From NCBI GenBank assembly GCA_002633005.1, contig NMRA01000535.1, forward strand, positions 197,169-261,168: a DNA stretch of 64,000 nucleotides, read 5' to 3'. Every line of letters begins with the position of its first letter. The stretch's first letter is position 1. A program made the position numbers and the translations under genes. This DNA is from Phoronis australis (lineage: Eukaryota > Animalia > Phoronida). The notes below the pieces were generated by a model. It ran no database searches. It worked only from the letters and a program-made list of their open reading frames with translations, and was not told where the DNA came from. Positions 26,167-38,791 of this stretch are shown here, in pieces.

Positions 26167-26524
26167 CTGAAAAACATTAGCGCTAATTGTTAGGCTTGAA
26201 ATCACTCCAAACATTTTACATAAAAATAAACAAATATTAAAACAGAATTGATAAAATTACTACTTCTAACAGTAATTCTAATCACTTATTTCACACAAGC
26301 TAGTTATTGCCAAAATGACCATTTTCTCTTTTTCAAAGCATTATTACCTCGCTACAAATAAATCATGTGAACTTGGACGGACGGATAGACAGGGATGATG
26401 GCATAGTGTACCCGCATATAAATATGTTAGACACTGCATAAAAATTATCAAAAGTTTCATTCATCAATAAAATGTACATTTGCACAGTCATTTGTCAACA
26501 AGGATGTTGGACTGGATTAAACTG

Positions 26525-26935
26525 ACACTATGCACATATCAGACTCAAACTTACACTAATATGCACATATCAGACTCAAAATTACACTATGCACATATCA
26601 GACTCAAACTTACACTAATATGCACATATCAGACTCAAACTTACACTATGCACATATCAGACTCAAACTTTGACTATGCACATAATCAGACACAAACTTA
26701 CACTAATATGCACGTATCGGACTCAAACTTACACTATGCACATATCCGACTCAAACTTACACTAATGTGCACATATCAGACTCAAACTTACACTATGCAC
26801 ATATCAGACTCAAACTTACACTATGCACATATCTGACTCAAACTTACACTACGCACATATCAGACTCAAACTTACAATATGCACATATCACACTCAAACT
26901 TACACTAATATGCACATATCAGACTCAAACTTTAC
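26525..26935. repeat. Minisatellite, 28/32-bp unit variants, ~14 copies
   Basis: CACTA(ATA)TGCACATATCAGACTCAAACTTA. Confidence 0.93.
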
Positions 26936-27106
26936 TCAAGACTGACCAATCATAGGGAGTACTTCGTGTAAAGATTTGAAATTCACAGTCCTTTAACCTG
27001 ATTGGTGATTTTTTTAGAGCTCACAGCCTGTGCATCACGATCAAACAAGACACTTGCATTGAACAATGCACCACCAATAATTTTGATCTGCAAAACAAAC
27101 ACGTAC

Positions 27107-27276
27107 CTGTGCTTGCTGCATTTCTTGTGGCTTGTCCTCAATATTCGGGTGTGTCTCCAGATACGTGGTGGACACCTTGCCACTAGGTGTCTGCAGCGTC
27201 ACCTCACCACTATGCAACATTAGAGGCACAAGACCGTGGGGCAGTTTGGATGTGCCTGCAAGCTGGCAGCTGGAAC
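27107..27276 (-). CDS. WDR19: WDR19 exon 15
   Basis: cag|SSCQLAGTSKLPHGLVPLMLHSGEVTLQTPSGKV...QQAQ|gtacgt, 170 nt. Confidence 0.93.
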
Positions 27277-27662
27277 CTGCAACAAAGAAGTTACAGTTGT
27301 ATTGGGAAAGAGTTTATATTATGTGACTAATGAAACCTGCAGTACTTAACAGAGTTAGTAATCAACAATGTGAGCCTATCTAAACACATGCCTGAGCTCA
27401 GTTCTGCAGACTGCAAGATCTTGACTTGCCCTTGTGGCTAACAATCTTAACATGAGTAATGGTAACATGGAGCCTCAATCTCATGTATCACTAATTCTAT
27501 CCCATAATTCAGCATTCTAACCTCGCCAACCAACCACTTCAATGGCCACCACTTTGCTAGGACAGACCAAGTAAGCTCCAGAACATATCCAACTTGGCAT
27601 GAAAGGCTGTTTAGGTTTCAATTTGTTGGCAACATTTTAACCTTTTCCACGATGATCAGGTC

Positions 27663-28513
27663 AACAAGAAGAGCAACATGCAGCATTGAAATGTGCCCAC
27701 AAATGCACCGCAAACGGTGTGCTTCTACGAGTGTTCATTTGTATGATAAAATGGTCATTAGATGGCGCAACATATGTTGAATACATCTGAAACATGTCTT
27801 TGTTTCTTTAATACAAAGCTATTTACTAAATTTCATAAAAATCTGTCAATAAACTTCAAAGAAACAGTGGAAAATGGAAAAAATGAAATTGCCACTATGA
27901 GGCACAGTGTTCAACAGATCCACTGAAAGTTGACGTCGTCCGTTGTCAACTTCATATGAATACATTTGTTAAATTTAATAAAGATCCTGCAGTGAATTTA
28001 AGAGATACAGCTATAGGCGCAAAAAACTGCCACTAGGGGGCACCACCACAAAAGTCGGAAATTTCATCGTCAACAGTCCACTTCGCACTAAGAACATATA
28101 TGCCAATTTTCACTATCCTCCATAGAGGGGCAAACGTAAAAACAGACTCGAAAACAGTAAAAATGGCCACTAGGTGTCGCAAAATACCTTGAATCCATTC
28201 AAAAATGGAAGGATATTGTCATCTCACTAACTGATGCCTATGTGCCTAATTTCATATCCGTTGAGGACCTTTCAAGATACAGACTGAGGTAAGTGTAAAA
28301 AAACTAAAACTCCCACTTGTAGTCGGATTCGTCCAAAATTTGTCGTCATCTGTGGTCAGCTTCATAGAAACATCTGTCAAATCTCATCAAGATCCTGTAA
28401 GGGGAGATACAGCTGCTGACGCCTGACAGCAGACGATGGATGCCCGATGCCCAGACAGAGATGACAGCAATATAAAGAATTAACCCAGATATGAATATGT
28501 GGGTGCATAAAAA
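27663..28513 (-). mobile_element. HINE-like element
   Basis: Clear collinear homology with 44830-45913; ~138-bp tandem units; ends TGTGGGTGCATAAAAA. Confidence 0.7.
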
Positions 28514-28626
28514 TGAAATAAAAAGTTCCACAACATCACACTAGCAAATTAAACATCAATAAAAATGTCACTTCCACATGTTGAACATACATATTATTTG
28601 ATAAATTAAATATAAATTAAAGCCGG

Positions 28627-28712
28627 GATGCAACATGATGCAACATGATGCAACATGATGCAACATGATGCAACATGATGCAACATGATGCAACATGATG
28701 CAACATGATGCA
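28627..28712. repeat. 10-bp tandem repeat, ~8 copies
   Basis: GATGCAACAT. Confidence 0.95.
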
Positions 28713-28811
28713 TTGAAAAGGTCCATAATTACACTTAGTTGCCTAATCAACAAAATCTTGTTCAAAATTGTTCACTTATTATAAACGAGAGGCTGCTCAG
28801 ACAATCCTTAC

Positions 28812-28959
28812 CACTGACAATTTCTCTAAAGTAAACGTAAGTGTACATCTTCTCCTCATCATAGGCAATGAAGACACCTTTATCAGGCATCCAGTTGTCC
28901 CATAGTATACCCCCAACCCCAGGAGGGAACTCAGGGATCTCAATCACCTGATCATTCAC
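28812..28959 (-). CDS. WDR19: WDR19 exon 14
   Basis: cag|VNDQVIEIPEF...DKGVFIAYD...REIVS|gtaagg, 148 nt. Confidence 0.96.
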
Positions 28960-29589
28960 CTGAGATAACGAAAAGTAAAGAGTCACACGTCTGGAGTTTT
29001 CCAAAATGACAAATATCTTCTCGTCAAAACATCAATGAAATTACAATAATAACTGCAGTGGCATTACTTTAAAAAAAAACTCTTAAATTGTTTTATTTTT
29101 AAGAAGTCATTGCTACAGTGCCTTTAAATTCAAGGGGACTTTTCAACTAAATTGAACAAAAATAATTTGTAAAGCTTATAATTAACTTTGCTCATGAATT
29201 ATCAAGTCACATAACTTAATTTAATATAAAATGTAAGACCGCTGTAAAATAAAATTTGCTATATTCACAGGAAATGAATGAACTTAAAACTATTTTGAAA
29301 AAAACTTTGGTTACAGTAACTACAGTAAAATAGGCTAGATGTGATAAGTAAATAAAATAGATGTTGGAATGCCATACAGTTTCCGAGGGATAAGAAGAGT
29401 AAAATAAAGTAAAACGATTGTAAGTACTAAAAATTGAAATATTTTCCACATTTCGAGCAGTACGCTCTTTATCAAGGGCATGACACAGACTGATGAATAG
29501 ACAGATGTGATATTTTTAGTCATTAACTAAACACCTGTATTGTGACAAACTCAAAGCATATTTCAAGAACCTTTTGTTATCCTTTGATT

Positions 29590-29784
29590 ACACCACAATC
29601 AACATACACAACAATCAACATACATCACAATCCATTTAAACCACAATCAACATACACCACAATCAACATACACCACAATCATCATACACCACAATCAACA
29701 TTCACCACAATCATCATACACCACAATCAACATACACTACAATCAACATACCAGTTTTTAGATATAACAATACAATCAACATAC
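29590..29784. repeat. Degenerate 16-bp minisatellite ending at the exon 13 donor
   Basis: CACCACAATCAACATA (minus strand GTATGTTGATTGTGGT). Confidence 0.85.
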
Positions 29785-29934
29785 CGGGTTATAGACATAA
29801 CCATCACTCTTGTCGTCTATGAAGATGAGTCGCGTCCCTGTTGTGTCCGGAAAGACCTTGCGCACTCCCACCTCATGTCTGAATTCATTCACGTACTGCC
29901 AGTCTTCTATGAGGAAATAGTACAGACCACCAGA
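29785..29934 (-). CDS. WDR19: WDR19 exon 13
   Basis: cag|[20 protein letters not shown]...DGYVYNP|gtatgt, 150 nt. Confidence 0.96.
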
Positions 29935-30257
29935 CTGGAGAGAAGAAATAAGAATCATTGTTTGTAATGGTTGAAAAACTATATTTTGATCAACAATAAC
30001 TACAATAACTACAATAACTTTTTCTGTACATGCAATGGCAAGATCTTATTATAATCATCTTGTAAAGATGTATTGAGCACTCACAGGTATGAAGGACATT
30101 CTTACATAAACACTGGACAGCCAGTTGCAACAAAAATCTGAACATTCCTCCTAATTGTAATATATTAAAGACACAACTGGCGTAAAGCTCTTTAGTTCAA
30201 CATTCAAGATTATCGGAAAATTACTCACACTAGCATATTGACCTAATCATCAACTTG

Positions 30258-31232
30258 CATAGGCGGATTTAGGGGGGGGGCCCAGGGGGCCCGGGCCCCC
30301 CCCTGGCTGTGGCAAAAAAATAAAACAGTAAGAGCGTAGGGAAATGGTGAGTTTATTAATTAACCCCGGTAATTAAAATTATACGGATGAAAAAAGATTT
30401 AAATGTGTGCAGTTTTAGTGTTGGGGGGGGGCTCAAATCCAATTTCAAGTGTCAAATTCGGAACACGGCGCGTTTGTAACGGAACTATGGCTAAGTATAA
30501 AGTCTCCCGCGATATCCTAGGCGACCGGCAGCGGCGCTGTGCGCTACGACTCCGTTTCCGTCGTCTGCTCCACTGTGCAATTAAGAAAATTTACTTCATT
30601 TTTTTAAAGAAAATGGAACTTGAGTGACGATGAAAAAACAGAAGCTGTTGGTAATTTTAATCGAAGCCTTAGTGAATCATTCAGAAACTCGCAATATTCT
30701 CTTTGTCAAACCTTATCTTAAGACGGTTTCCAAAGCAATCCCTTCATTATTGCCAACACGAAAAATGGATTTGGTCTTTTGGGCATTTGAAGACTATTTC
30801 AAATACGACAAATTTATTAAGAATTGATGGCACAAAATATAAAACGTGTAATAAGCATTACAAAAAGAAGTAGGTTACGCGCACAAACGCTGTGGCCCAT
30901 AAACAAGTAAGTCTTTTAGTATGAAATTTGTAGTCAAATCGTGGTGGTGTAGTGGTAACGTACGCGCTCTGTCCGCCAGGTCGTGAGTTCGAGTCTCTGA
31001 TACTTGCATTTTTTTTCCTGTTTGACACGTTCTCCGTGTTTTTTTTTGCCTTTTTTTCTTGGATAATACTTCAGGAATCAAGGAAAATGCTTGATTTTTA
31101 GAGGTAAAAACAGAAAAATTTCCCCCCATTCAGTGCTATGCGCATCTACATTCGTGGTTCAGTTTGCGCAAATGCTTCCAACCGGACAAAATGTTGGGCC
31201 CCCCCCCTTGTGATATCCTAGATCCGCCACTG
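30258..31232. mobile_element. Non-autonomous TIR element (Tip100/hAT-like termini)
   Basis: CATAGGCGGATTTAGG ... CCTAGATCCGCCACTG, 5-bp TSD ACTTG, G/C-run subterminal palindromes. Confidence 0.8.
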
Positions 31233-31373
31233 ACTTGTCATTTTAACTCACTTTCTCCAGAAACAATGAGCAGTCCCAATGCTTCCTGGTTCAAAATATT
31301 TTGTATTTCAGAACATGAACAGAGAACAAGTGAACTGAATGAACAAATTTGATAAGTGATAGCACCAACTCAC

Positions 31374-31493
31374 GTCTGTGCCATAGATCAGAAACTCTGG
31401 TGTCATCGTATGACATAATATTCTCACATCGCTGTCTTTGTCAGGAAACAGTCGAGTTTCACGTTCCTCGCTAGTTCCTGTGTCAGCATCCGT
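31374..31493 (-). CDS. WDR19: WDR19 exon 12
   Basis: cag|[17 protein letters not shown]...FLIYGTD|gtgagt, 120 nt. Confidence 0.95.
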
Positions 31494-32184
31494 CTGAAAC
31501 AAAGAAATTGGAAACGTGAAGAGTGTGCACATGGAGTTCTATAAAGCTATAGTATTCAACAAAAACAATGTATCAAATAGATTAAAATACAAATATCTAG
31601 ATGCAGACATTTGACCTCAAGTGACCCCATACATGTTAGACATCCCTAAAGGTATTTCTGACAGAAACTCCCTGGCAGTAAGACAGATTTTAAAGTTTGT
31701 ATACTTATTCTAATAGGACTATTCATGATCCTTTAATCATAAATAAAATTAAGTGTACATCTTCAGATGAGGCATTCATAAAGAAAAAAATGTGCCAAAT
31801 TCTCATTTTTTACTGAGAATGTGTGTCAGAAAAATAACCAGTCATCCACGTGAAGATGTCAAAACACTACTAAATAAATGAAGAGTCAGCTACAAACTGT
31901 CAGAACTTCTTCAGAAAAAACAATAAAAAAATAAAAAAGAACTTCTTCAATTGTCACAATGTTTTTGGTGGCAATAACTTAAGGCATGAAAATTTGCTGT
32001 AATTGTTTTGGGCGAAAACAAAAACTTGCCGTGCTCTTGAAACAATCTACTACAAATTGCTGCAATGTACATTGCAGCAATCAGAGGCAAAAAATCAGCA
32101 CAAATCATGACAACTTAAGGATTTTTTAAGTATTATGGAAATATGTGCATCTGACCATTATTGAAGCAATAATCCAGTACTCAC

Positions 32185-32291
32185 AATGTGTAGCTGGATT
32201 TTATTCTCAAACCCCACCGCTGCATAGTCAGCATTGAGTTTGATGGTTTCCACGGTGCCCAGGTACTCTCGGTCCATCATCTTCACCGGGC
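32185..32291 (-). CDS. WDR19: WDR19 exon 11
   Basis: cag|PVKMMDREYLGTVETIKLNADYAAVGFENKIQLHI|gtgagt, 107 nt. Confidence 0.95.
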
Positions 32292-32875
32292 CTGAAATAT
32301 AGTTAGGCAAAACTGAAGACATTTCAATTCACCTCGCCTGGAGTACAGGCACTAAACACTACAAACAGAACCAATATCCATTAGAAAACAGATATTACAG
32401 CTTAACGACAATATAATCTGGTGATTAAGACAACAGCTTACCCCGTCATGGGAACAGGGTTTCACAACAAAACTTTTAATAGGAACAGTATTAGCCATAG
32501 GCTATTAGCCACAGGCTTGGAAAATACTTAAGAATAGAAGAATGGTACATTTTGATGAAAAAGTGAAAATCTAGTGGAAGGATTCTAACTGGTTACCACC
32601 AAGCAAGAATGAAACATAATCGACGCCAAAAATTTTGCTTTTAGGAGTTATGCTTTCCTCAAGACATGGCCATTGCAATGGATAAGCTCTTGTTTCAAAT
32701 ATGTCAATGAATGCAAAACACACAGTTTACATTCCAATATAAAAACCTCCCTGAGAGTACACCACATTATGTAGAGTAACGCTTCCAAATAACATCCTGT
32801 TACTCAAGTGATAGGAATTCTGATGAAACAGACTCTGGTGTTTATATTTCCCATCAGATATCAAGTGCACAATAC

Positions 32876-32990
32876 CTTCCTCACTAAGATAGTAGAACCA
32901 TGCTCTGTTATTCATGCCTACTGCTAGATGGTAGGGACCGAGTCCAACAAACGACGGCTCCACATCAATACCAATGGTAACAGGAGGATC
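32876..32990 (-). CDS. WDR19: WDR19 exon 10
   Basis: cag|[38 protein letters not shown]|gtattg, 115 nt. Confidence 0.96.
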
Positions 32991-33940
32991 CTGGATATGA
33001 ATATAAAACATAGTTTTACAACTGGCCTATCGCAAGCTTCACCCCCTTGCAAAAAATCACAGGACATCCGACAAACAAGCATGCGATATGTTCATGTAAA
33101 GCTGGGTATGTACCTTAAAGTCGAATTATCTGAACGATACAATATATTACAGGATCTTTCGAACAAAATCAGGGAAGATCCACGGATAATTTTATTCTGA
33201 CGTCTGCTAAATTCCCCCAAATGAAAAGTAGGTGGGACTGGTGGGACTCCCCGAATAAAGTAGGTCGAGTCGATAGCACTGTTTACGCTTTTCTAATCTT
33301 CAAACGAAATATTCTGATTAAAAAACTCAGGTTCATAGCTCGTGTACATACTCATCTTGCCCTAGGCAAGCACTTAGCTCTGGTAGGTCTCGGGCTGTGT
33401 CTAAGTCAATTTAATAAATGGAATTCGGTGGCCGCCGATTTTGCACCATTAAGACATCTAAGTTAGGCTTACCTTCTGATAAACTTCACATTTTTTGTAG
33501 TTTCATTGCATAAAGGTAGCTTTCATTTAATTTTAAACATAACATGATCAATAAGCTGTGGTATGGTTACAAAAGATGGTGTAGAGGCAAAAAATACCTA
33601 TTTATATAAATAACTCATAAATCTTTTTTAAAGCTAAATAAATCTAAATATCATATTTGAACAACTTAAAAATGAGCTCTCGCTAACTCTACAGGCGAAG
33701 TGTATACTAGAGGTTCTCATCAAAAAGTAATTCAACTGTTTATTTTTTCGTGACAACAGTTCGAACAAGGCTTCAAGTTCAGTAAATGAATCCAGTGCCC
33801 CTCCGTGTCGATCGAATCGCTCAATTTTGGAGAGAAGTTCAGTTGAACACCAGCCTACAGGTATATGAATAACAAAATCATACCACTGCTTTGAAACAAA
33901 ACGATGTCGCTATAAAGTGTCCTTAAAAACAATGTACGGG

Positions 33941-34276
33941 GACTACCGCTAGACTAGTGCTCAGATCCAGCAGTGAATACTGAGACAAGACTACCGCTAG
34001 ACTAGTGCTCAGATCCAGCAGTGAATACTGAGACAAGACTACCGCTAGACTAGTGCTCAGATCCAGCAGTGGATACTGAGACAAGACTACCGCTAGACTA
34101 GTGCTCAGATCCAGCAGTGGATACTGAGACAAGACTACCGCTAGACTAGTGCTCAGATCCAGCAGTGGATACTGAGACAAGACTACCCCTAGACTAGTGC
34201 TCAGATCCAGCAGTGGATACTGAGACAAGACTACCCCTAGACTAGTGCTCAGATCCAGCAGTGGATACCGACACAA
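33941..34276. repeat. Minisatellite, 48-bp unit, 7 copies
   Basis: GACTACCGCTAGACTAGTGCTCAGATCCAGCAGTGGATACTGAGACAA. Confidence 0.96.
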
Positions 34277-35469
34277 AGGCGGCCAGACAAGTGAAACTCC
34301 AGAGTCAAAATCAGATAGGCTGACAGGTTAGCCACCAAACTGAAAAGTACGTATCTAGGAAGAAATATATTATGTGTTTAAACTTCGATCAAGCAACATT
34401 GCCAAGTTCAGCTGCTCGTGTGGCCGTTCACACAGTTTGATCCATAGGCATAGTTTACACCTTTATGCATAATTTTCAGCTTAGGAGATGCCCAAAAAAT
34501 GACAGGATATTCTTTTCGAGCTGCATAACGGCTATCAAAATTACACATGCCATATCAACATCGTTTCACCATTCTTAAAACACCATTTCCTGAGCTATAG
34601 TCTAAAATGTGTTTTACACGACAACTTATTGTTTGTTGGGTAAAATGGCGGCTTGGAAATGCAGACGAAGGTGTGTCAATAATGCAGCTTGGAATGACCA
34701 ATGACAAAAAAGAGGAAAATTTCCTAAGTGAGGTATCTTCCATAAATAAATAGGGTTGTGCCATATAAATATCTTTTTTTGGCTCTAAAATTTAAAAGAA
34801 ATAGACGTTTTTACATGACTAAAGTCAGAACAATGATAAAAAAGAGAGGAAAAAAGAGGAAACTGGAAATCAAATCAGAGGAAATCGAAACCAAAAAAGA
34901 GGAAATCCTCTTAAAAGAGGAAAATTCCAAGCCCCAAATGCTGCGTCTGACTGGTAAGATAAGTTGCCAGTCATAATCCTGGCGATAGGTCAACTTCAAT
35001 GATGTATTCAGTAAATCTGCAACTCTTTATGCTATCAACTTTATTTAGAACTCTCATAAAAACCCCAGCAAACTGGTTCCAAAAGTACAGTGCCTTAAGC
35101 TAGTTTTAGCTAATATCAACAATTACTTATTATTGGCATTTTTAATGACAATAGCTGAAAGGAAAACACAAAACGATTGAAATACAGCGACACTTTCTAG
35201 AAGAACCAGCTGACCTAGATCAAAACTTAAAAATACAATATGATAAAAGAAATGTGTGTACTTTATAAAAGACCCACAACTTTGGACGTTAAGAAACTGC
35301 CCATACCAAATTAAATAGAAAACTTTATACAACTAAAAAGCACAGAAGCATCTTTTGCTTGACCCAATTACCAATTCCAGTGTGTAAGATTCGTGGACAT
35401 CTCGAGACAATAGCCAACATTGTGAGCACACTTTGAATAACCTAGTGGACTATAGTGGTAATTTGATGG

Positions 35470-35691
35470 CACACTGGGACACACGACACTGGGACACACG
35501 ACACTGGGACACACGGCACTGGGACACATGACACTGGGACACACAACACTGGGACACACGACGACACTGGNACACACGACACCGGGACACACGACACTGG
35601 GACACACACGACACCGGGACACACGACACTGGGACACATCACACTGGGACACATCACACTAGGACACATCACACTGGGACACATCACGCTG
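35470..35691. repeat. Minisatellite, ~15-bp unit; continues at 36190-36225 after the MITE
   Basis: ACACTGGGACACACG / ACACTGGGACACATC. Confidence 0.93.
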
Positions 35692-36189
35692 CAGGGCTTA
35701 GAATGACAAATGGCAATCAAAGCAGAAATTTTACGGCCCAAAAACATGCGCGCAGCCTTGAAATAGTTGATGTGGACTTTGTGCCGACAAAAAATCGGGA
35801 GGACTAGCAAAAAAAAATGTACCACCTCCAAAAGCGTGCGTCTGCGTCTTTTTAGCTCGTCCGCCACTCCCAACTCTACACATTTCTGGCTGCAGAGTCG
35901 TAGTATTTGTCACCGCGGTTTACAATCACACGAGACGCCATTGAAGAAATTCACCACCCTATCCCAGATGCCCCGGCAATGTTGACAATTTACGTTCCTC
36001 TGAAACATAAAGAGCAACTTCCGCTTTTCGAGGTGAAAGTCGTCGGCAACGCCGCGGTAAGAAAGAAATTTGCTGCGGAAATTTTATATCAAATCCGATT
36101 CTTTTTTACGTGGAAATTTACCAAATTACACGGACAGAGCATTTGAAAAAAGCAGAAATCCGCGTTTCCGCAGAAAATTCCAAGCCTTG
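35692..36189. mobile_element. ~500-bp MITE with CAGGGCTT TIR inserted in a minisatellite
   Basis: CAGGGCTTAGAAT ... ATTCCAAGCCTTG; flanks ACGCTG / ACACTG suggest a 6-bp TSD; the 15-bp repeat resumes after it. Confidence 0.7.
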
Positions 36190-36342
36190 ACACTGGGACG
36201 CATCACACTGAGACACATCACACAGCATTAAGTTCACAAGAGAACACAAAACACTATCCACCAAATACCCTACTGCCATCTAGTGACAAAAAGTAATCCA
36301 ACGTGTCATTGCAATGTCAGAAAATCTCTTGCCATCATTCAC

Positions 36343-36583
36343 CTGCTGTATACTGTCCTGTATGGTGATCTCCAACAGGGATGTCAGGAAGGCAATTCTG
36401 GTGTGGTGTGACTCACCCAACATGGGTAATTTGGAAAGGTAGACGTGTAGACTACCTTTGGTGGTGGACACAGCCAGTAACTGACCATCATCTGTCCACT
36501 GGATACGGTCAAGGCCACGCTCATCCTCCAGGTTAATGATGGCGTACATTTCTTTGAGGTCAGCGAGGTCATGAACTTTAATA
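36343..36583 (-). CDS. WDR19: WDR19 exon 9
   Basis: cag|[18 protein letters not shown]...[12 protein letters not shown]...QDSIQQ|gtgaat, 241 nt. Confidence 0.96.
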
Positions 36584-37186
36584 CTGGAACAATGGATGAT
36601 TGCAATGAAATCTACATTTCTTTAAGATTGAATGTGTGTGTCTGTGTGTGTGTGCGTGCGTGGGTGTGTGTTATATTTATCACATGAACTTTGCAGGTCA
36701 TTACATGCATTACATGGGCCATTTTCACTTCGCAAACTATAGTTGACTATAGTTGATAGTCACTTGAACAGAAAAGGGAAATGTGTACTGAGTCAGTATC
36801 GAACCAAGCACATGAACGCCATCTACTGGACACAGACCATAGAGTGTGTACACATAAGAAAGCAATGTAAAGCATTTAACACAGTCACATATAAAACATT
36901 TATAATTCATAATTGACCTACAAATTGTTGATTATTCTGTCAATTCAAATGTTTGCTTGCAATTTCCCAAAGGAGGCAATCCTGAGACTACACTAACACT
37001 ATTCTGGGGCAGGGTTCAATGATTGTTAGATTCAAAAGTCAATGGTCCCAGCTGAAAACAACCGTGGTACTCACAAAACAGAGCATTGTATTAACACCAC
37101 TAATTAAAGGCAGGCATTCATTAGTTCTATTAATTAGACGCAGACATTCACTAGTTCTATTCCTAAAATGTGTCAAATAAACTCAC

Positions 37187-37278
37187 CAGTTGTCTCCACA
37201 TGAAGCTGCCTTATTGAGTGACAGTGATATGGCAATACTGGTCAGATTGTCTTTGTGGTTTCTGGCTTGAAACAGTTC
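37187..37278 (-). CDS. WDR19: WDR19 exon 8
   Basis: tag|[30 protein letters not shown]|gtgagt, 92 nt. Confidence 0.96.
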
Positions 37279-37691
37279 CTACAGGAAAAACAGGAGATGT
37301 AGTCATACTCTCTGCCAGTCCCTCTCAGGAGTGACATTGACAATAGATGGAGTTACAATTTGTCTGTCAACATTCTACTTTGTACAGTTGCACCAAAAGT
37401 CCTTCACAAGTCCACACTAACATGAACAATAAAAATTACGAAGATTTTTGTTATTTTTATTTCACCATGACAAAGGATGTTTTTAGGTTTTAAACTAATA
37501 TCATGCAAATCATGTTATCTCTTTCTTGATTTACTATCCTTGCAAGCAAAAATAGCTATCAATAGTCACTTTCACAGGCGGCGCACCATAGGGGGCTGGG
37601 GGGAGCTATAGCCTTTTTCAGTGCTGCGCCGCCCATGGTCCTATATGACCAATTCCATTCATGTGTGTGGACGTCACAGAAAGAGTCCTAC

Positions 37692-37886
37692 CTGACCAAT
37701 TTCTTTCATGTGTGTGGAAATCACAACAAAGTAACCTTGGGAGAAACCAATCATAATGTAGCCATCGCCGTACCACTTGTATGAGGCGATATTGCCATAG
37801 CGTTGCTGGAAGGCCAACTCTATGGGGTTCTCTGGGTCATTCATGTTGAACAGGAACAGCGTTTTACGGCCAATCACAACGCTTAC
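37692..37886 (-). CDS. WDR19: WDR19 exon 7
   Basis: cag|[14 protein letters not shown]...STHMKEIGQ|gtagga, 195 nt. Confidence 0.96.
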
Positions 37887-38070
37887 CTGCAGCAAGCAGG
37901 TTTGTTAATGAGATGTAATATATGATATCATTTACCATGCATATTAGCCATTTGATATTAAGAGTAAAGCACAAATGAGTGACAACCTACAGATGTCTGG
38001 AGGAAAGATTTTTAATTAATTCCATCATAACACAGTGCTAACTTTCGTAACCTTCGTTAAAAAAAGATCA

Positions 38071-38083
38071 GTTACTAGGCAAC
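38071..38083. promoter_or_regulatory. Intronic RFX X-box motif
   Basis: GTTACTAGGCAAC fits the RFX palindrome, and RFX regulates ciliary genes. Function untested. Confidence 0.35.
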
Positions 38084-38334
38084 ATGAAGCTGTTGTATTG
38101 TTACACGACTGTACGCTATAGGTGTGAGTCTGGCATAAATTAGTAAATTGAGAGTACCTAACACAAGCAGTTTCAATAACATGTTTTAAAACAAGAATTA
38201 ACTAAAAACAAAAACAAGTTTCCCAAAATATCACATACAAAAACTCTCCTGTTACCTGTACAACTTTCTAATTAAATGTCTGACAATTGCCATGGATTAA
38301 TACTTGATAATAACACAAACTGTTGTGGTGATAC

Positions 38335-38557
38335 GCCCTTTACTCTCATGTCACTGGTCTCATAATATTCCTTACTATGCAATACAATTCCATTTTTGTC
38401 ACAGGCAATGTGCATTTTCAAATTCACAATTTTAAGGTTGGCTAACTCCAATAAAGTATTAATTTCTTGGTTTTGACGGTTTTGTTGGTAAAAGATGCAT
38501 AAAGAATCCTGTAACGGTAAGGAATATTATGATCGCAAATTCATGAGAGTAAAAGGC
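38335..38557. mobile_element. MITE with ~40-bp imperfect TIR
   Basis: GCCCTTTACTCTCATG...TCATAATATTCCTTAC versus GTAAGGAATATTATGA...CATGAGAGTAAAAGGC. Confidence 0.65.
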
Positions 38558-38791
38558 CAAATTCGATTTTCATTTTTAACCAGCTAAACAAGGCAAATAC
38601 AGTGAGCGCTTGAAAAATGAAAATTTAGTCCATTAAGTTTGTTTAAATATGAGGAAATTTATTGCATTCATTCCATCTTCAAACACGTTTGTCTGGATGA
38701 GAGGGAATGAGACGTATAGTGTATTTGGTGAGTCAATGTCTTGCCTAGTGCCTTCATGTCAATTAGACTATTTAAAGTGACATTCACTCAC

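Noticed and set aside
30935-31016. A second tRNA gene
   Set aside because: It has A/B boxes but no consistent acceptor or anticodon stems; kept only as a tRNA-derived cassette.
35368-35873. Cys-Pro-Val-rich ORFs resembling metallothionein or keratin-associated proteins
   Set aside because: Produced by the 15-bp minisatellite fused to a MITE end.
37573-37637. Tiny inverted-repeat element (CAGGCGGCGCA..TGCGCCGCCCATG)
   Set aside because: Probably a collapsed MITE, but it has no clean TSD and is too short to classify.
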